The notes under the pieces are model-generated. The model did not search any database and had not been told where the DNA came from. It was given only the letters and a program-made list of their open reading frames with translations. This document shows positions 14,108-33,925 of a stretch of DNA of 64,000 bases, one piece after another. The position numbers were made by a program, and so were the translations under genes. Origin of the DNA: the human T2T-CHM13v2.0 reference genome, Homo sapiens; NCBI RefSeq assembly GCF_009914755.1, contig NC_060933.1; one strand, 5' to 3'. Numbering within the stretch: the stretch's first letter is position 1; each line of letters begins with the position of its first letter.

Positions 14108-15467
14108 GGAACCCAGCCTCTTTCTACTGAGGTCACCTCACACCTCCATGTGGCCCGAATTGATAGGACACAGGAGTAACAGAGGCCAATCTCTCTCTCA
14201 GGTAGCTTACTCTAGTCAACAGGAAACATCCCGTATCTCTTGTGCAGGCAAATTTGGAGTGAGCAATGTAGTCCCAATACAGTAGCTTCCCCTTAGATCT
14301 ACCACGAAAGTGACTGCTCAGGCCATCTCTTACTTCCAGATTTCCCCAGGTGGACCATCCACTCTCTACCTTAAATGCCTCTGGTGGGAGTCAGGCAACG
14401 GTCTTGTGTTACTCCCAACTATAGGAAACATATTTGGAATTATGCTCACCTCTCTAAGCTTGAGGTGAGAAAAATATGGGAGAGATGGACAGGTGGGGGT
14501 TGGCGACCTTGAGCATGCCAGCACCTCTCTCCTCTTAACCCTGATTTAAAAAAAAAAAATCATTTGTCTGCTTGAGGAACCCAACTGGCATGCAAAAGGT
14601 TCTCAGAGGTCATTTTTCTATAAAACTGCAACATTTTCTTTGTATTTGGGGCAGGTTGTGTCTCATGCTTACTTTTTTGACTGCAATATTAGCATCCTAA
14701 GAAACAAAAGCAGGAAGAATCCAGTTCTACCATCTTGTTGCCAATGTTTTACGGTTCACAAGGTTTACAATCCCATTGTTTCAGTTGTTTCTTACTGTAT
14801 CATGAAGTAAGCCCCAACAAACAGATTTGCCACCCCCTTTTTTTTGCTAGTGAGTTTGAAAAGGTCAAATGACATGCATTCACATGGCTTTCATGGAAAC
14901 TATGTATTTGATTTCTGAACTCCTTAAAGGACCTTGTTATGTTCATATTTCTATCCATAGCCCTTAGCACATAGTAGACAATAAATAGAATTTATTTATG
15001 TAATCAATGCATCCAGGACTCCTAATGCTGAGGCAAGTCCTTTCTTCACTGTAGACAAATTTGCTCCCAGAGAACTGGTCTGACTTTTGACCTTCACAGC
15101 AACACAACCTCTGTAATCCCCTTACATTCCAGGCCCTTTTCAATTTAAGGCTAATCCTGGATCCATGGATTTGGCTCTGAGTAAATCAAAGATGTCCAAA
15201 GCAGATTAGCTCTGTGAGTGTTATTATGGTCCATTCTCCCTTTAGTTTGTAACAATCAACATTTATTGAGTGCCTTTTATGTGACAGGTGCTGTATGAAC
15301 TATGAGAGAGAAAAATATAAATAAGAAAAATTTCCATGTCTTGCAATCCACCCCAGAAAATACCTGAAAGAAAACTGTGGAATTTAAGGCATCTTTTGTA
15401 AATACATGAAGTTCCAGATAGTTTTATCTGAGGCTTTTATGCGATATAGTAATTTATGAGATTACCT

Positions 15468-16032
<565 letters not shown>

Positions 16033-16690
16033 CTAGAGTGATTCTGGACCTATTTTTTTTCTCCTCATTCCACCCCTACTTTCTCTTTTCTTGGGATGTG
16101 GCTTGGGACTGAAATATACTGGAGATAAGGAAGGAAGATCAGGGATTGCTGTTCAACCTCTTTCACTTTCATTGATATTTATCAAAAGAAGAGAGCTGTG
16201 TGCATTTCACAACCCTCAGAGAATAGAGAGAACTTGTGTTTAGAACTATGTTTAGCTTTTATACAACTGAAAAATAAAATTCTTCCTTTAAGCCAACCTG
16301 CAAAGGACTTTACACCACAGTCTTACGTTTACCATATATGTATATCCATTAAGTGCATATAAATCTGAAGGTACGTTCTTAGTGAGCAACTGCTACCTGG
16401 TTGTCATGCTAATGACTATTAGTATGTTATAAGCCATGATGATAAGCAATTTACACACAGGGTTTTTTTCTTTTAGGAGCCATTGTCCCTCTGTTTTAGA
16501 TTCCCCTTCCCACATTGATCTTATGGATGTCAGTGGCTCTGGACTTGTATTTACTATTGCAGATAGTGTGATACTTCCACTTAACCAGTTGCTTATTTTA
16601 GAGCTATCTTGGGTCTGGATGCAAATATTTAGTACCTGTAAGTATTAACAACCTGTGTTTAATCTTTTAGCTTGCTTTGGGGGAAGGGAA

Positions 16691-16865
16691 GTTTTTTTGT
16701 TTTTGTTTTTTTTTGAGACGAAGTCTGGCTCTGTTGCTAGGCTGTAGTGCAGCGGCCCGATCTTGGCTCACTGCAACCTCCGCCTCCCGGGTTCAAGTGA
16801 TTCTCCTGCCTCAGTCTCCTGAGTGGTTGGGACTACAGGCATGCACCACCATGCCCAGCTAATTT
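16691..16865 (-). mobile_element. Alu right monomer only (5'-truncated AluS)
   Basis: Stops at the middle A-linker; flanked by a GGA(A)AGTTTT-like direct repeat. Confidence 0.88.
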
Positions 16866-16932
16866 GGAAAGTTTTAATTTTCTACTTGGTACTAGGTGAG
16901 AAGGTACACATTTTCTGGAACACTGAGCCATA

Positions 16933-16935
<3 letters not shown>

Positions 16936-16968
<33 letters not shown>
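16936..16968. repeat. (TG)n microsatellite
   Basis: Directly visible. Confidence 0.97.
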
Positions 16969-16969
<1 letters not shown>

Positions 16970-17684
16970 TTAAATTATTTGAGCTATAGCTTCAAGATTC
17001 CAAGAAATTCTGATATCAGATATTAACAATAAACAAATTGCAAGCCAGGTTTTTTAGTGACATTGTGGTTATTAAATGTTTAAATTAATTTGATACATAT
17101 GACAGCTTAAGTCACTTATTTGGTATGAATAGACACATGCATACACATATCTTTTCGCTATAAAATTTTTAAATGGCACTCTAAAAGATCAACATTAACT
17201 GGCTAATGCAGTCCATAGATTGTAAAGGAATGAAGCTTTCATTAACTGCTTGCATTTACAATTCAGTTGGTACTGAGAGGTTTTAATTTCTGACCTAGAT
17301 ATTTCAAGTAGCTTGCTTCTGGGAAAAATAATAGGTAGTTAGACAACAACCACAGCCCTTGTCCTAATTAAAACCCCTTAATGTTTCATTTTCATATCCA
17401 TTGTCTTGAAATTGTATCACTAGGTTAAGAAAATAGTTTTCTGGGTTAAATCAGAATTTAATTGCATAGTTAGGAAATGCCCAGCATAAATTAATTGCAT
17501 TTCACATCAACCAAAATATTTTAGATTTCATTGCAACCCTAATAAATTGGGGTCCCAAAGGTTTCAGTTTGGCATTCAAGAAGCACAGTGAAATAGCCAA
17601 TCTCATTTCTTCCCCTAAATTAAAAGAGAAATCTGTTCTTTACTTGTATCTCTCAAAGGACGTTAGCAGGGATCCAAATCATAA

Positions 17685-18215
<531 letters not shown>

Positions 18216-19591
18216 TGAGTTGGCCTTGGAATTACAGAATGGTGGCCTTAGGGGGATTATGTAACTATTTCAACTTTCATAATTTTTATCTTGTTGCCTG
18301 TGGCATCAAAGAGTTTTAAATCTGGCTTGTTTCAATTATATTTTGATTAAAATACAAAGTAATTGGTGTATAACTGTTCATAACTGAATGTTCTGGAGAG
18401 AGTAAGGTTGGGCATTTTATCACGAACATGGTGTTATTCCTGGAAGTGGTGTCAGTTCTATCAAGCTACTCCATGCTGTGCCCATTAGGGTAATGAGGCC
18501 GTTCAGGCTTTGTGTCTCCATATTTTTCCAACCTTTACGAATGGCGACAGAAGGATTTATCAGTGGCGATTAGGGTGGTGCCCAGCCTTCAAACTGCTCC
18601 ACAATCTGGCACTAGTTTCAGTTTCCTGCCTTGTCTCTGCCATGTTCCACATCCCAGTACATTATTTATTTCTCTATTAATAGAGAAAATTGCCTTGAAT
18701 TATGGATATTTATGTACACACTCTGTCTGCCTTAATGGATGAGCAGCCCTGCAGTGCTTTACACATAGTGTAGGCTGAATAAATGACTGTCAGATTTACT
18801 TGAACTGCTTACACCGTGTTACAGACTCTCAGTCTTCAGGTACATACACGTTGTGAGTTTGTTTTGTTCGATGGCTGGCAGGGTAGCTGAACTTGATACA
18901 TATATTTGAATGAGAAACAGAGCAGCAGTGCAGCTAGTATCGTCAGAATTTGGGGAATCTGCCCTTTACTAAACTCAGCAAATATTTCCTGAACAAAGAT
19001 GATGTAAAAGGCACTGAAAAAGGCACAGTGAGAACCACAAATTTAAGAATGACTCCGCCACCATCTTTGGGAATTTCATTGTCTTTGTACACTTTAACTT
19101 GCATGGAATATAAAAAGAAACTGAGAAAAGCCATCATTTGCTGGCCTGTTAATCCCTATGAGTATAAATGTGTATGTATGTGTAGAGTATTTTCCACTCA
19201 TTCACCACTTAGTCCTTCATTGGCAATATTTCTCAATTATTGTCTGGGGATTACCATAAAATTGATAAATAAAAGTATATAATTAATGCTTGGAAGAGGA
19301 ATAAAAGGTAAACATTCCTTAGGTTCTTACTATTGAGGAAAACCAGACCAGCCACTCAAGTGATGAACCCCTCGTGACATCTAACCAAAACTGCCGCTGA
19401 GTCTTTTGTTCCAGAATGTTTGAGCTCTATGGCCAAGAAAAGTCACTTATTGGTAACCATTTACAGATTGAAACTCCTCTTAGGTAGGTTGTCGTAGTTT
19501 TTCCATCCTCCTGGCCTAAGTTCTTTATAGTTGGGCATTTCCTCCTTGACCAAAATTCCTGTATCCTGAAATATTGTCCAATGGTGATCTA

Positions 19592-19996
<405 letters not shown>

Positions 19997-20350
19997 AGAA
20001 ACTCCGAGCTTTATGGTGCCAACTGTATACAATCTATTTTGTAGAAACACAGGAAATTGCAACTTGAAGGAACTTTATGGAAGTATTAGTAATAGAAAGA
20101 TGATGAGTAGTAGTAGTAACGGTAGTACAGTGCAATGGTAGTAGTGAGAAAGTAGTGCTAGTAGAGTGTAGTAGAAGTCAGTGTTATGGGTTCCATTATT
20201 TCCTCCCAAAATTCATATGTTGTAGCCCTAATGCCTCAGTATGTGATTGTATTTGGAGAAAAGGCCTTTAAGGGTGACTAAGTTAAAATGAGGCCGTTAG
20301 AGTGGGCTCTAATCCAATCTGACTGGTTTCCTTATAAAAAGAGAAAATTT

Positions 20351-21482
<1,132 letters not shown>

Positions 21483-21669
21483 CAAGTGAGGACACAGTGA
21501 GAAGACAACCATCATCAAGCCAAGGAGATGGGAGAAGAAACCAAACCTGCTTATACCTTGATCTCAGGCAGCTTCCAGAACTGTGAGAAAATAAACTTCT
21601 GTTGTTTAAGCCACCCAATCTGTGATATTTTGTTGCGGCAGCCCTGGAAAACTAATACACATTTTGCAT

Positions 21670-22821
<1,152 letters not shown>

Positions 22822-22873
22822 TAAGCGTCATATGTAGATTTATAATGCTTAATGCTTACAATAGTAATCTATC

Positions 22874-23520
<647 letters not shown>

Positions 23521-23883
23521 CTCTTCATGAATCTACCCCCTTAACAGAGTACCCATAAACTCTGAGATATTATTTCTGACTATAAAATAGTCACATCCCT
23601 TCTTGCTGACAGCAAAATTAGACTTCAAGTGTAGAAATACTACTCTCTTCAACAAAAAACAAGAGGTTGATTCTTTCTCCAGACAGGGAAAACTGGGACA
23701 AGTGATTGGGAAGTACCCATTGCACCTGTTATGGCTGCGGCTTTTGCTTTGCTGATGGAAAGGTAAGGCGAGTCCTTTTACTTTTGGTCAGACTTCGTGT
23801 TACGAATCAGGCCTTTTCTGTGGTGTTTACCCTCTCATCATCTTAGGGATGTAGCTTCTTAGGCTACTAGCACCTGCCTATCC

Positions 23884-24200
23884 TTTCTTTCTTTCTGTCT
23901 TTTTTTTTTTTTGAGATGGAGTCTCACTCTGTCACCCAGGCTGGAGTAGAGTGACACAATCTTGATCTCGGCTCACTGCAATCTCTGTCTCCTGGGTTCA
24001 AGCAATTCTCGTGCCTCAACTTCCTGAGTAGCTGGGACCACAGGTGCATGCCACCAGGCCCTGTTAAGTTTTGTACTTTTAGTAGAGATGTGGTTAAACC
24101 ATGTTGGCCAGCCTGGTCTCGAACTCTTGACCTCAAGTGATCCGCCAGCTTTGGCCTCCCAAAGTCATGGGATTACAGGCATGAGCCACTGTACCTGGCT
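23884..24200 (-). mobile_element. Alu (AluS)
   Basis: Antisense dimer. Confidence 0.94.
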
Positions 24201-24252
24201 TATCCCATCTTAATTTATCCAGATGGAATAGTTCTTCTGTTTGCTTCACTCA

Positions 24253-24685
<433 letters not shown>

Positions 24686-26219
24686 CTACTTCTCTGAGTG
24701 ATTGTTTCTCTAATGCCAATCATCAATGTGATTCATAATGCTTATTTTAAAATTGAGCTCTGATTTTGCATGGCAGTTTTTAGATATTATGTAATTAAGT
24801 CTGCGGTCATTACTGATAGTTATTTAATTAGTTATTCCTTCTCTTTGAAGCAACTTGTTTTTTTTTTCTTGGAACTTGGAAATAACAAATTAGTATCAAA
24901 TATATACCTGAGGTGTTGAGAACATGCTTGCTAAGTCCATGAATGAATAAATAGAAGGTTCCTGGGAACATATTTTGTATTGGACAAATATGCATAGACC
25001 TCTTTTCTGCCCTTGGGTAACGAAGCACCTAGTGTGACAGATTTAATTTTTCCCTGCTTGTAATAATCAGAGAAAAACAGCATGGAAGGAATATATGTAA
25101 AACACATCTAGCAGTGCGCTATTTCCCACTCTCATTCTCAGTGGCCTGCCTTCCCCAATGCTTTTTTGTAATTTAACTACCCAAATTTATGCACAAAAAA
25201 GTCTGTAAGTAGTCAACATGTCTATGTTGCCCAGAAACTGTGCAGGATACTGTTTGTCTGCATAAATCAATAAGAAACATTTTAAGGGAGGTACTACATC
25301 CAAGATATTGTTCTCAGCATAGGGGTTTGCCTATAAGCCTGTTTTAAATTTTCTTCCTTTGAAATACCTTGGTAGATAACAACTTGTTGTTATGCTCCTA
25401 TGCACACAGAAGTATTTGAGAAATTGATGCATTTCTCAAGTGTGAGATTGTGAGTAAAATGCCCAGTTACACATGATCTGTGGCCACTTGGCATCAGCTG
25501 GGATCTGATGTCCCGAGGTGGCCTTGTGGGGCCTGTGAGCAGGAGTGGGGTAAGGGTGAGATGGGAGAAGCTGGGCAGCACTCTTTTGTCCTGTGCTCCT
25601 AGTGTGTGAGTGATCAAGGAAGAAATGGAGTAGCCTGAATCATGTGGGTATGGGCTAATCCATGACTGGAGCATAAAGCTGAAGAGGGAACCCAAGATTT
25701 GATGTAGCACCCCAAAAGCTCAACAGGGATATATGTACCTGTGAGGAAATCAGAGGGGGACAAGAGCTCCATGTTTTGCATACCGAAAAAAAACAAAGGG
25801 GTGGAGAAGCAGACCTTCGACTGACGAAGAGCTGTGTACCCAAAAAGTCCCCTCTCACCTCCTGTTGCCACAGCACCTCCTTGCCAGCACCTTTGCAAAC
25901 CCTCTCTGGACATGTTTTAAAGTGATATTGAATAAACTGGCGTTATTGAGTTGATGTATGTTTAATCAAATAGCTTAACATCAATAAACTTGGTTCTATT
26001 CCCAGGGTACCTATTGAATGAAAAATACCTAGCATTTGTCTTGCTGGTGTGTTTTGTTTTTGCTTCTGTAGTGATTTTGGGTTTTGAGATGTGGGCACTC
26101 TCCTTTGATGCTGCATATGGTCAGAAATCAATCCTGCTTCTGGCTTTATCAGTGAATCTGTTAGAAGCCTTTTCTAAGCCCTGTGCCCCAAACCTACCAA
26201 CTTGCCTTTTCACTGGGTC

Positions 26220-26400
26220 CCCATAACACTCTGCTTATCCTCATCATAATCTGAATATATTATATTAAAGTCATTTGTTTATTTATTCATTTCCTACTCT
26301 GGACTGAGTTCTTTGAAAGTAGAAATGATGTTACTGTATCCTCTAGTTTCAAGCACAGGGTATGGCAGTAATTAGTGCTTCATAAATGTTTGTTGACTAT
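26220..26400 (+). mobile_element. L2 3' end fragment
   Basis: gactgagttctttgaaag..agcacagggtatggca..ataaatgtttgttga. Confidence 0.65.
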
Positions 26401-26756
26401 AAATTGGGTCTAAGTATAAATGGGGAAATCTTAAAAATCTAGGAATTTTGTTTAGTTTTGAGTGATCAAAATTTCTCATATCAGGAATCTCTCTAGCCCA
26501 GGAAGTAACATCAGACGACATTGATATTTTTATGAGTTTGAACCCAAAGAGACTGAACTTCTCATAAAGTATGTCAACATTTGCAGAGTACTGCCAGCTC
26601 TTTCTTTCAAGACATTGGTATACCTGAAATCTGTAGGAAATTAATACATTCTGAGGGAATTGTCCCCCTGACGTATCCCCTAAAAGTATAGGTTAATGAA
26701 TGTAAAGGGTATTTTTACTTTATTCACCTCCCTTCCTGTATCATACAGCTGTATAT

Positions 26757-27064
26757 TTCTTTTTCTTTTATTTGTTTTGAGACAGGGTCTGGCTCTTGCC
26801 CAGGCTGGAGTGCAGTGGCACGATCTTGGTTCGGTGCAACCTCCATGTCTTATGTTCAAGCGATCCTCTCACCTCAGCCTCCTGAGTAGCTGGGACTACA
26901 GGTGCATGCCATCACGGCCAGCTAATTTTTGTGTGTGTGTGTGTTTTTTTTTTTTGTAGAGAGGGGGTTTCGCCATGCTGCTTGCTGGTTTCAAACTCCT
27001 GAGCTCAAGCGATCCACCTGCCTTGGCCTTCCAAAGTGCTGGGATTGCAGGCATGTGCCTGGCC
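26757..27064 (-). mobile_element. AluJ
   Basis: J-diagnostic GATCCTC.CACCTCAGCC and GAGCTCAAGCGATCC; diverged. Confidence 0.9.
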
Positions 27065-27138
27065 TTAAATTTCTTGATATATGTTTATTTATAATTGTAA
27101 TGATCCCCCCCATTATTATATGAAGAGTGTTCTGATGA

Positions 27139-27559
27139 CATATTAGTTTGCTAGGGTTGTCATAACAAAGTACTATAAATGAGGTGGCTTAAACAACAGA
27201 AATTTATTATCCTCACAGTTCCGGAGGCTATAAATTCAAAATCAAGGTATTGGAGGGTTGGTTTGTTCTGAGGACTGTGATGAAAAATCTGTCACAGGCC
27301 TCTTTTTTTGGCTTGTAGATGGTTATTTCTCCCTGTGATTCTTCACATTGTCTTACCTCTCTCTGTGTGTGTCTTTGAGCCCAAACTTCCCCCTTTTATA
27401 AGGATACTAGTGATACTGGATTAGGGCCCACCCTAGTGACCTCACTTTAACTTGATTACCTCTGTAAAGACTCTGTCATCAAATAAGGTCATGTTCTGAA
27501 TTACTAGGGGTTAGAACTTCAGTATATGAATTTTGAGGGGGCACAATTCAACCCATACT
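27139..27559 (-). mobile_element. MLT1B/C-type MaLR LTR
   Basis: tattagtttgctaggg..gtggcttaaacaacagaaatttatt..ggattagggcccaccc..cacaattcaacccata. Confidence 0.88.
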
Positions 27560-28210
27560 CAGTTTAACCATAACTTACTATACGTTAAGGTAGAATCATG
27601 ATGAAACTAGAGGGGAAATTGATGTCTCGCAGGAGATCCTGTACTTGGAAAAAAAAGTGCATGAAGTAATAGCAATTTAGATGATCTGCTTTTGAGGAAG
27701 TGATGAGTGAGCATTCAGCAAAGGAGTTCCATTGTGTTATATGGGGGCATTTTAGAAAAAGGTACATGCATGTAAAAAACCTGTAAGGGTAGCACAAGGG
27801 GATGGGTGATCCTAGCTATGTGAGGAGGTATGGCCACCCAGGAGCCTTCAGTCCAGTCCCAGGCATAGTCCTCACTCTCATTTCGGACTCCACCCATTCC
27901 TCAACCTCATATCATTTGATTGACGCTGCATAATTTCCTCAATCCCAAACTTAAGGTGTGAACCTGTGGCCAATGCTAAGCCAGTTGTGTTCTCTTTCTC
28001 TGAACATCAAGTGAAGTGACTTGTGGAAAAAACAGCGACATTCAATGGTCGATGGTCATTTATTTATTCCAGTTGCAGCAGACTGAAAAGGTCAAGTAAA
28101 CCGGTGGCCTGGGATTCTGCCTTGTTTTAGTTCTGAGTTTGGTTCTCTAGGCTACCTGTAGATTCTGTGTACTATCTGACATCTTCATAACAAACTCCAC
28201 CCCCACATCT

Positions 28211-28507
<297 letters not shown>

Positions 28508-28712
28508 ACCAAAACCCCTTTTGCTTAGCCAGGGTTGATTCGTGATGCTTTGGGTGGAAAAAATCTTAATTGCTATAGTGTTTTCTGAGGGATAATACTT
28601 GTTCTCTTTCATATTTACAGATGTTGTCTATACATGTTTATGAGCCTTGAGATGAAAATGAACAGTACAAATAGATTCCCCAAATAGGCCCTTTTAAGAT
28701 TTCTTTTGGAAA

Positions 28713-28725
28713 GTGTGTGTGTGTG

Positions 28726-28763
<38 letters not shown>

Positions 28764-28950
28764 TATATATATGTGTGTATATATGTGTGTATATATATGT
28801 ATGTATATACACACACACATGCACACATGCATAAGTATGTATATATGTATGCAGACATGTGCTGTATACATAAGATATATTATGTAATATATAAATATAT
28901 GTTAAATATTTTTATATGTAATATATTATAAATATTTAAATATATAATAT
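28713..28950. repeat. compound (TG)n/(TA)n/(CA)n microsatellite and AT-rich tract
   Basis: Directly visible. Confidence 0.93.
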
Positions 28951-29135
28951 AGTCTTTTTCCTTTTTTAATCTTAACTTAAAGCAAACCTATTTGGCCGAG
29001 AACTGTTTTGTAGAAAAATAATGAAAAATGTTTTTCTACAAATTGTTTTGCAGAAAAATAATGAAGAAAAATTTGCCATTCTAGCAAATAGCACAGAAAA
29101 ACACACATGCCTATTTCTAGTTTTCTCCATCCTTT

Positions 29136-29176
29136 CACACACACACACACAGACACACACAGACAAACACACACAC
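29136..29176. repeat. interrupted (CA)n
   Basis: Directly visible. Confidence 0.9.
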
Positions 29177-31930
29177 AGAGGTTCATTATCAAGTTATAGT
29201 GATCGATAAGTTAAAGACTCAGTTTAATGCTTTGGTTAGAAATAGGATTGCAAACATAACCTTTATTATGTGAATCTACCAAAGAATAATTGTGTCTAGG
29301 TGCAAAATAGGATCAACAATGGAGTTTTGTTCAGGGTCCTGTCGAGATCCATAGTGACTAGTCAGCTTAAGTTAGAAACTATGGTGCCTTACAGGTATCT
29401 GTCAAGTGCTTAACAACAAATCAAACATGTACAGAATATTTATTATGCTCAAGGCACTGAGGTTATCTGCAATGATATAAGGGCAAATAAGAACTGGGCT
29501 TAGGCGTTAAGGAGTTCATGAAATGCAAAAACATATGAAATCTGAAAATATTTGTGGAATTACCAACATATTTTTATTGACGCTGAAGCACTAGTACCAT
29601 CAATAAAGTTAAGAGTTTTTACCTTGACTCAGACTGACAGGTCTGAAGCATAGAATCCAAGAACAATTTCTTGGGCTACTAACTTTTCCTGCTCTGAATA
29701 TTAATTGATATTTGAATTTTAGTTGTGAGATATGTATGATATTTTATGTAAAGGCTTATGTGCAATCTTTATGAAGATCAAAATGGGTACTTCTATCCAG
29801 GGCAATAGGCAACCTATCTAGAGAATTCTCTAAATTCTCTCTTCTATTTTGCTTATTGTTTTCCTACTTATGTTTCATGAGAGAAACATAAATGCTGAAT
29901 ATGTTGAAAACATGCTAGATGGAAAGTCACATAACAACTAGTTGGAAAGAGGCAAAGTAGTATAGTCAAAGTAGGCAAACCAGCCCTTCCACTTACTAGC
30001 TGATTTTGGGCCATCATCGGGCCCTATGAGGCACAATTTTCTCCATTGTGTAACAGAAATATTAGCAATTCCTTCTTTATCTTTCTCATTGTGCTGTGCA
30101 AGTCTCAAATAAGAAAATATTGTAATGTCTGAAGTACTACACAAATGTGAGTCACTACAGTTAAATGATGTCACAGGTTAGATTAATTATACTGGAAGAT
30201 TTTCAAAGCTATTACTGTTACTCTGTAAAAGTCTGAGTAGAAAAAGACAGCACTCACATATTTTTATCTTTCAGATGAGTGTGGGAGGGAGGTGGGACAG
30301 AGGAGCTAGAGGAGAGTCCAAGCTGAATATATGAAATTTATAACACAATAAAATGCAGCGAACTGAAGGACTTGGAACAAACTGACTGCATTTTCTTTAT
30401 CCTCTTCATGATCTGCTTGCAATAGATTTTCTAAAATTATCCCCAAAGCAAGAAAAGGCACTGAATGATCCAGGTGGATTTGAAAAATAAGCTCTAAAAA
30501 AATAAGAAATGCATTAATGGCTTTTCCCTGGGAAGGAAATTAAATAAAACAATCAAAGTATATCTTCCACTGCCTAAAATAAAGAGAATTCAACCATTTT
30601 ATAATTGTGACCTTCATTGTAATCTTAGCTGATAAGTAGGTTTGGAGAGAAACTAAACTAAAAGGTATTGCTCTCCTTCCATTCCTCTGACAGGAACAGA
30701 AAGTCTGAGTCATAAAATAGAGGCCTTAGCCACTAGTTAGATTTTCGGATTTGTCATTTCTGTGGAGCCATTTTAAGAACTGATATATATTTAAAACCCT
30801 AGACATTTAATGTCTGATGTTTTTGAGGAATATGTGTGTGTGTACCTTTGTGGATTCTTACATGAGTTGAATCTGTGTTTTTGGTGGTTCATACTCTTCA
30901 AACACTTCAATCTGAAGCAAATTCACCCCCTGTAACATATCCTGGCCTCACTAAGAAAGGCAAAATCACTGGATAAATTATTTTTGTTTTTCTGTGTCCT
31001 GTCTCAGTGCTCAAGTTTTCTACTTAATTAGTCAGCGGCTGGATTTTATTTATCTGGCAAGGAAAAGTCAAACATCAAACATTTAATTAAAAGTTTATCT
31101 AAGCAGATACTTATACTTTGAATTCAAATGTACATGTGGCCCTTTTGCAAACTATGGCCATCTGAGTACTTGACCTTAAGTGTGAAATACTTAAGCTTTC
31201 CTATGCATAACCACAAATTTATACATACCTGCAGAGTCAGAGAGATGCTTTTAATACATAGAAAGTCAACCAATAAAGCTGCCTATTTATCTCTGTTTTT
31301 GCTATTGTCCCTCCCTTTTTTTAGTAAAAAAATTTTCTTCATCAAAATGTTTGAGTAGGTTTTTAAAAAAAAAAAAAAAAAGCAGAGTTGCCAATTACCA
31401 ATTATCTTTCCTCAGAGCATTAAAAAGCTAACACTGGTAAATAGATGCTCTCTACCTTCTATTTAGAACTTCATAAATTCTTCCCTGATAATAATGCAAC
31501 TATTTGTTTAGTATAAATGATCCAATTAGCCTGTAGAAAAGGAAAAAAACAAGATAACTATAAATAACAGATTATTTGGAACTATATAAACAGTAGGTCC
31601 TGATGTACAAACTTAGGGTATAAATATGTTCATATATTTTTAAAAAATTATTTGAATTGACCATTCTAGCCCCCATAAGACTTACTAGCAAGAATCTAGT
31701 ATTTCTTGTTGTGATTCCACTCCTCCAAATAGTGTAAAAATCCCAGTTCAAAGATGGTGATGGTGATGGTGGTGTTAGGTCTGAGCTGTTGCTTCTTGCT
31801 ACTTGATATCATAAATGAAGATTGGTTCCATGCAGTCTACACTGCTACTAGAATGGGCTGGTTGGCCTGGGTCCTTGACCAGGCCTTGGGTTGGGTCCCA
31901 GGGGAACAACACATTTTAGTTTACACTTTT

Positions 31931-32251
31931 ATTTTTTTATTTATATTTATTTATTTACTTATTTATTTGAGACAGAGTTTCACTCTGTTGCCCAGGCTGG
32001 AGTGCAGTGGTGGGATCCAGCTTACTGCAACCTCTGCCCGTCCTTGGTTTTGAGTGATTCTCATGCCTCAGCCTCCTGAGTAACTGGGACCACAGGTGCG
32101 TGCCACCACACCTGGCTAATTTGTGAATTTTTAGTAGAGATGAGATTTCGCCATGTTGGCCAGGTTGGTCTCAAACTCCTGACCTTAGGTGATCTGCCCG
32201 CCTCAGCCTCCCAAAGTGTTGGGATTACAGGCTTGAGCCACCATGCCAGGC
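31931..32251 (-). mobile_element. Alu (AluS)
   Basis: 15-bp TSD TTAGTTTACACTTTT (31916-31930 / 32252-32266). Confidence 0.95.
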
Positions 32252-33015
32252 TTAGTTTACACTTTTGTGCTATCAAGTCCACCTACTATGCTAAGGTGCC
32301 TAGGGTGGGGGAGCTTCCAGCATTAGTCACCTGCTCAAACAAGCCCTCTCTCAAACATTTAAACCCAGGTGGTAGCCCTGCATCACCTGTCCTCAAAGAC
32401 ACTGCCAATTTTGTACTTTAGTTTCCATGATTATAATTTTTCATTTTGAATATTGTCCGGAGTTCAGGGACTGGGATCTTTAGGCAGATTGGCCCACCTC
32501 CATCCCAAGAAAAACCTCTGCTTATCAGGATATGGGCAGATTTACTCAGCTCCTGGAAAAAAACCAAAGGCCTATGCTCTTTTCTCAGGACAATGGGTGA
32601 ATACTTGCTCTACCTTGTTCCTTAACTTAAACAAACAAACAAACAAACAAAACCCTCAACTGGCTCTACCCTCAACAACTGTAATATTTGGAAGCATTTA
32701 GAGCAGAAAGATAAATACACATGTACTTTGAGCAAATGGCCTTCTGTTGCTCTTGTGTGTCATTTTGATCTGACCTATAATGTCAAAGTGTAACCACACA
32801 AAATAAATGGTTTAGTAAATTCAATCACTGTGGATACCCAAACTGTATAATGAATAATATTTCAGATACATTTGCTAGAAAATTGCTTTAGTGCTTTTTT
32901 CCATTTGGTCATCTGAAATATCTGACCTTTATCCCAATACTTTGTCCAAAGAGGAGCTATTGTAACATTGGAAGACTGGAGAATTCAAAGTGGAGGGATT
33001 AAAAAACCTCTTTCT

Positions 33016-33350
<335 letters not shown>

Positions 33351-33925
33351 AAAATTTCTTTCTAATTTGGTAACTGCATTATATACTCTACTGTTTTCAC
33401 TCTATTGACATAAAAATTCAGCAGGCTATGTTTATCTTCAATGAAATCTCATTGACATAACCAGGATTAAAATTAGCTCTTGAATTTAAAACCTCAGTTT
33501 ATAGGGTAGGTTACATCTCAGTTAATATTTACATGTGGCACAGTGGCAGAAGAAAAACTGCTCAAACCAAAGCCGTCCATCAAAAGAAGAAGGTTCCTGT
33601 AACAACTATATCAATAAAATTTGCCAATGTTAAGAGAAAAGGAGAATTATGTTTCACTAGACAGAGAAAACCAAACGCATACGGTTTCATGACTTTCTTG
33701 TCATTTAATTTTACAATGAATGTCTAATTCAAATTCTGGCCTTTTTAATGGGAATGCTCTTTAGCAAAGCTACAAATGCTAATAATTAACATATTTCTTA
33801 CAGTGGCAATTACTGTTGTGAAAGGATTCACCTCTGATTCATGGCTGAATTTTGGATAGTTTGGTGGCCTAGAGTTAGATGATACTCCACTTCCCTAGGA
33901 GTCTATCTTTGTAATTACTGATCTT

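Noticed and set aside
18400-18620. CpG-containing unique segment with CATTA-GGG-TAATG inverted motif
   Set aside because: Could be a conserved element, but one short motif is within chance and I cannot assess conservation here.
30260-30360. Acceptor TTTTTATCTTTCAG followed by AATAAA (possible terminal exon)
   Set aside because: Both signals are common in AT-rich DNA; no independent support.
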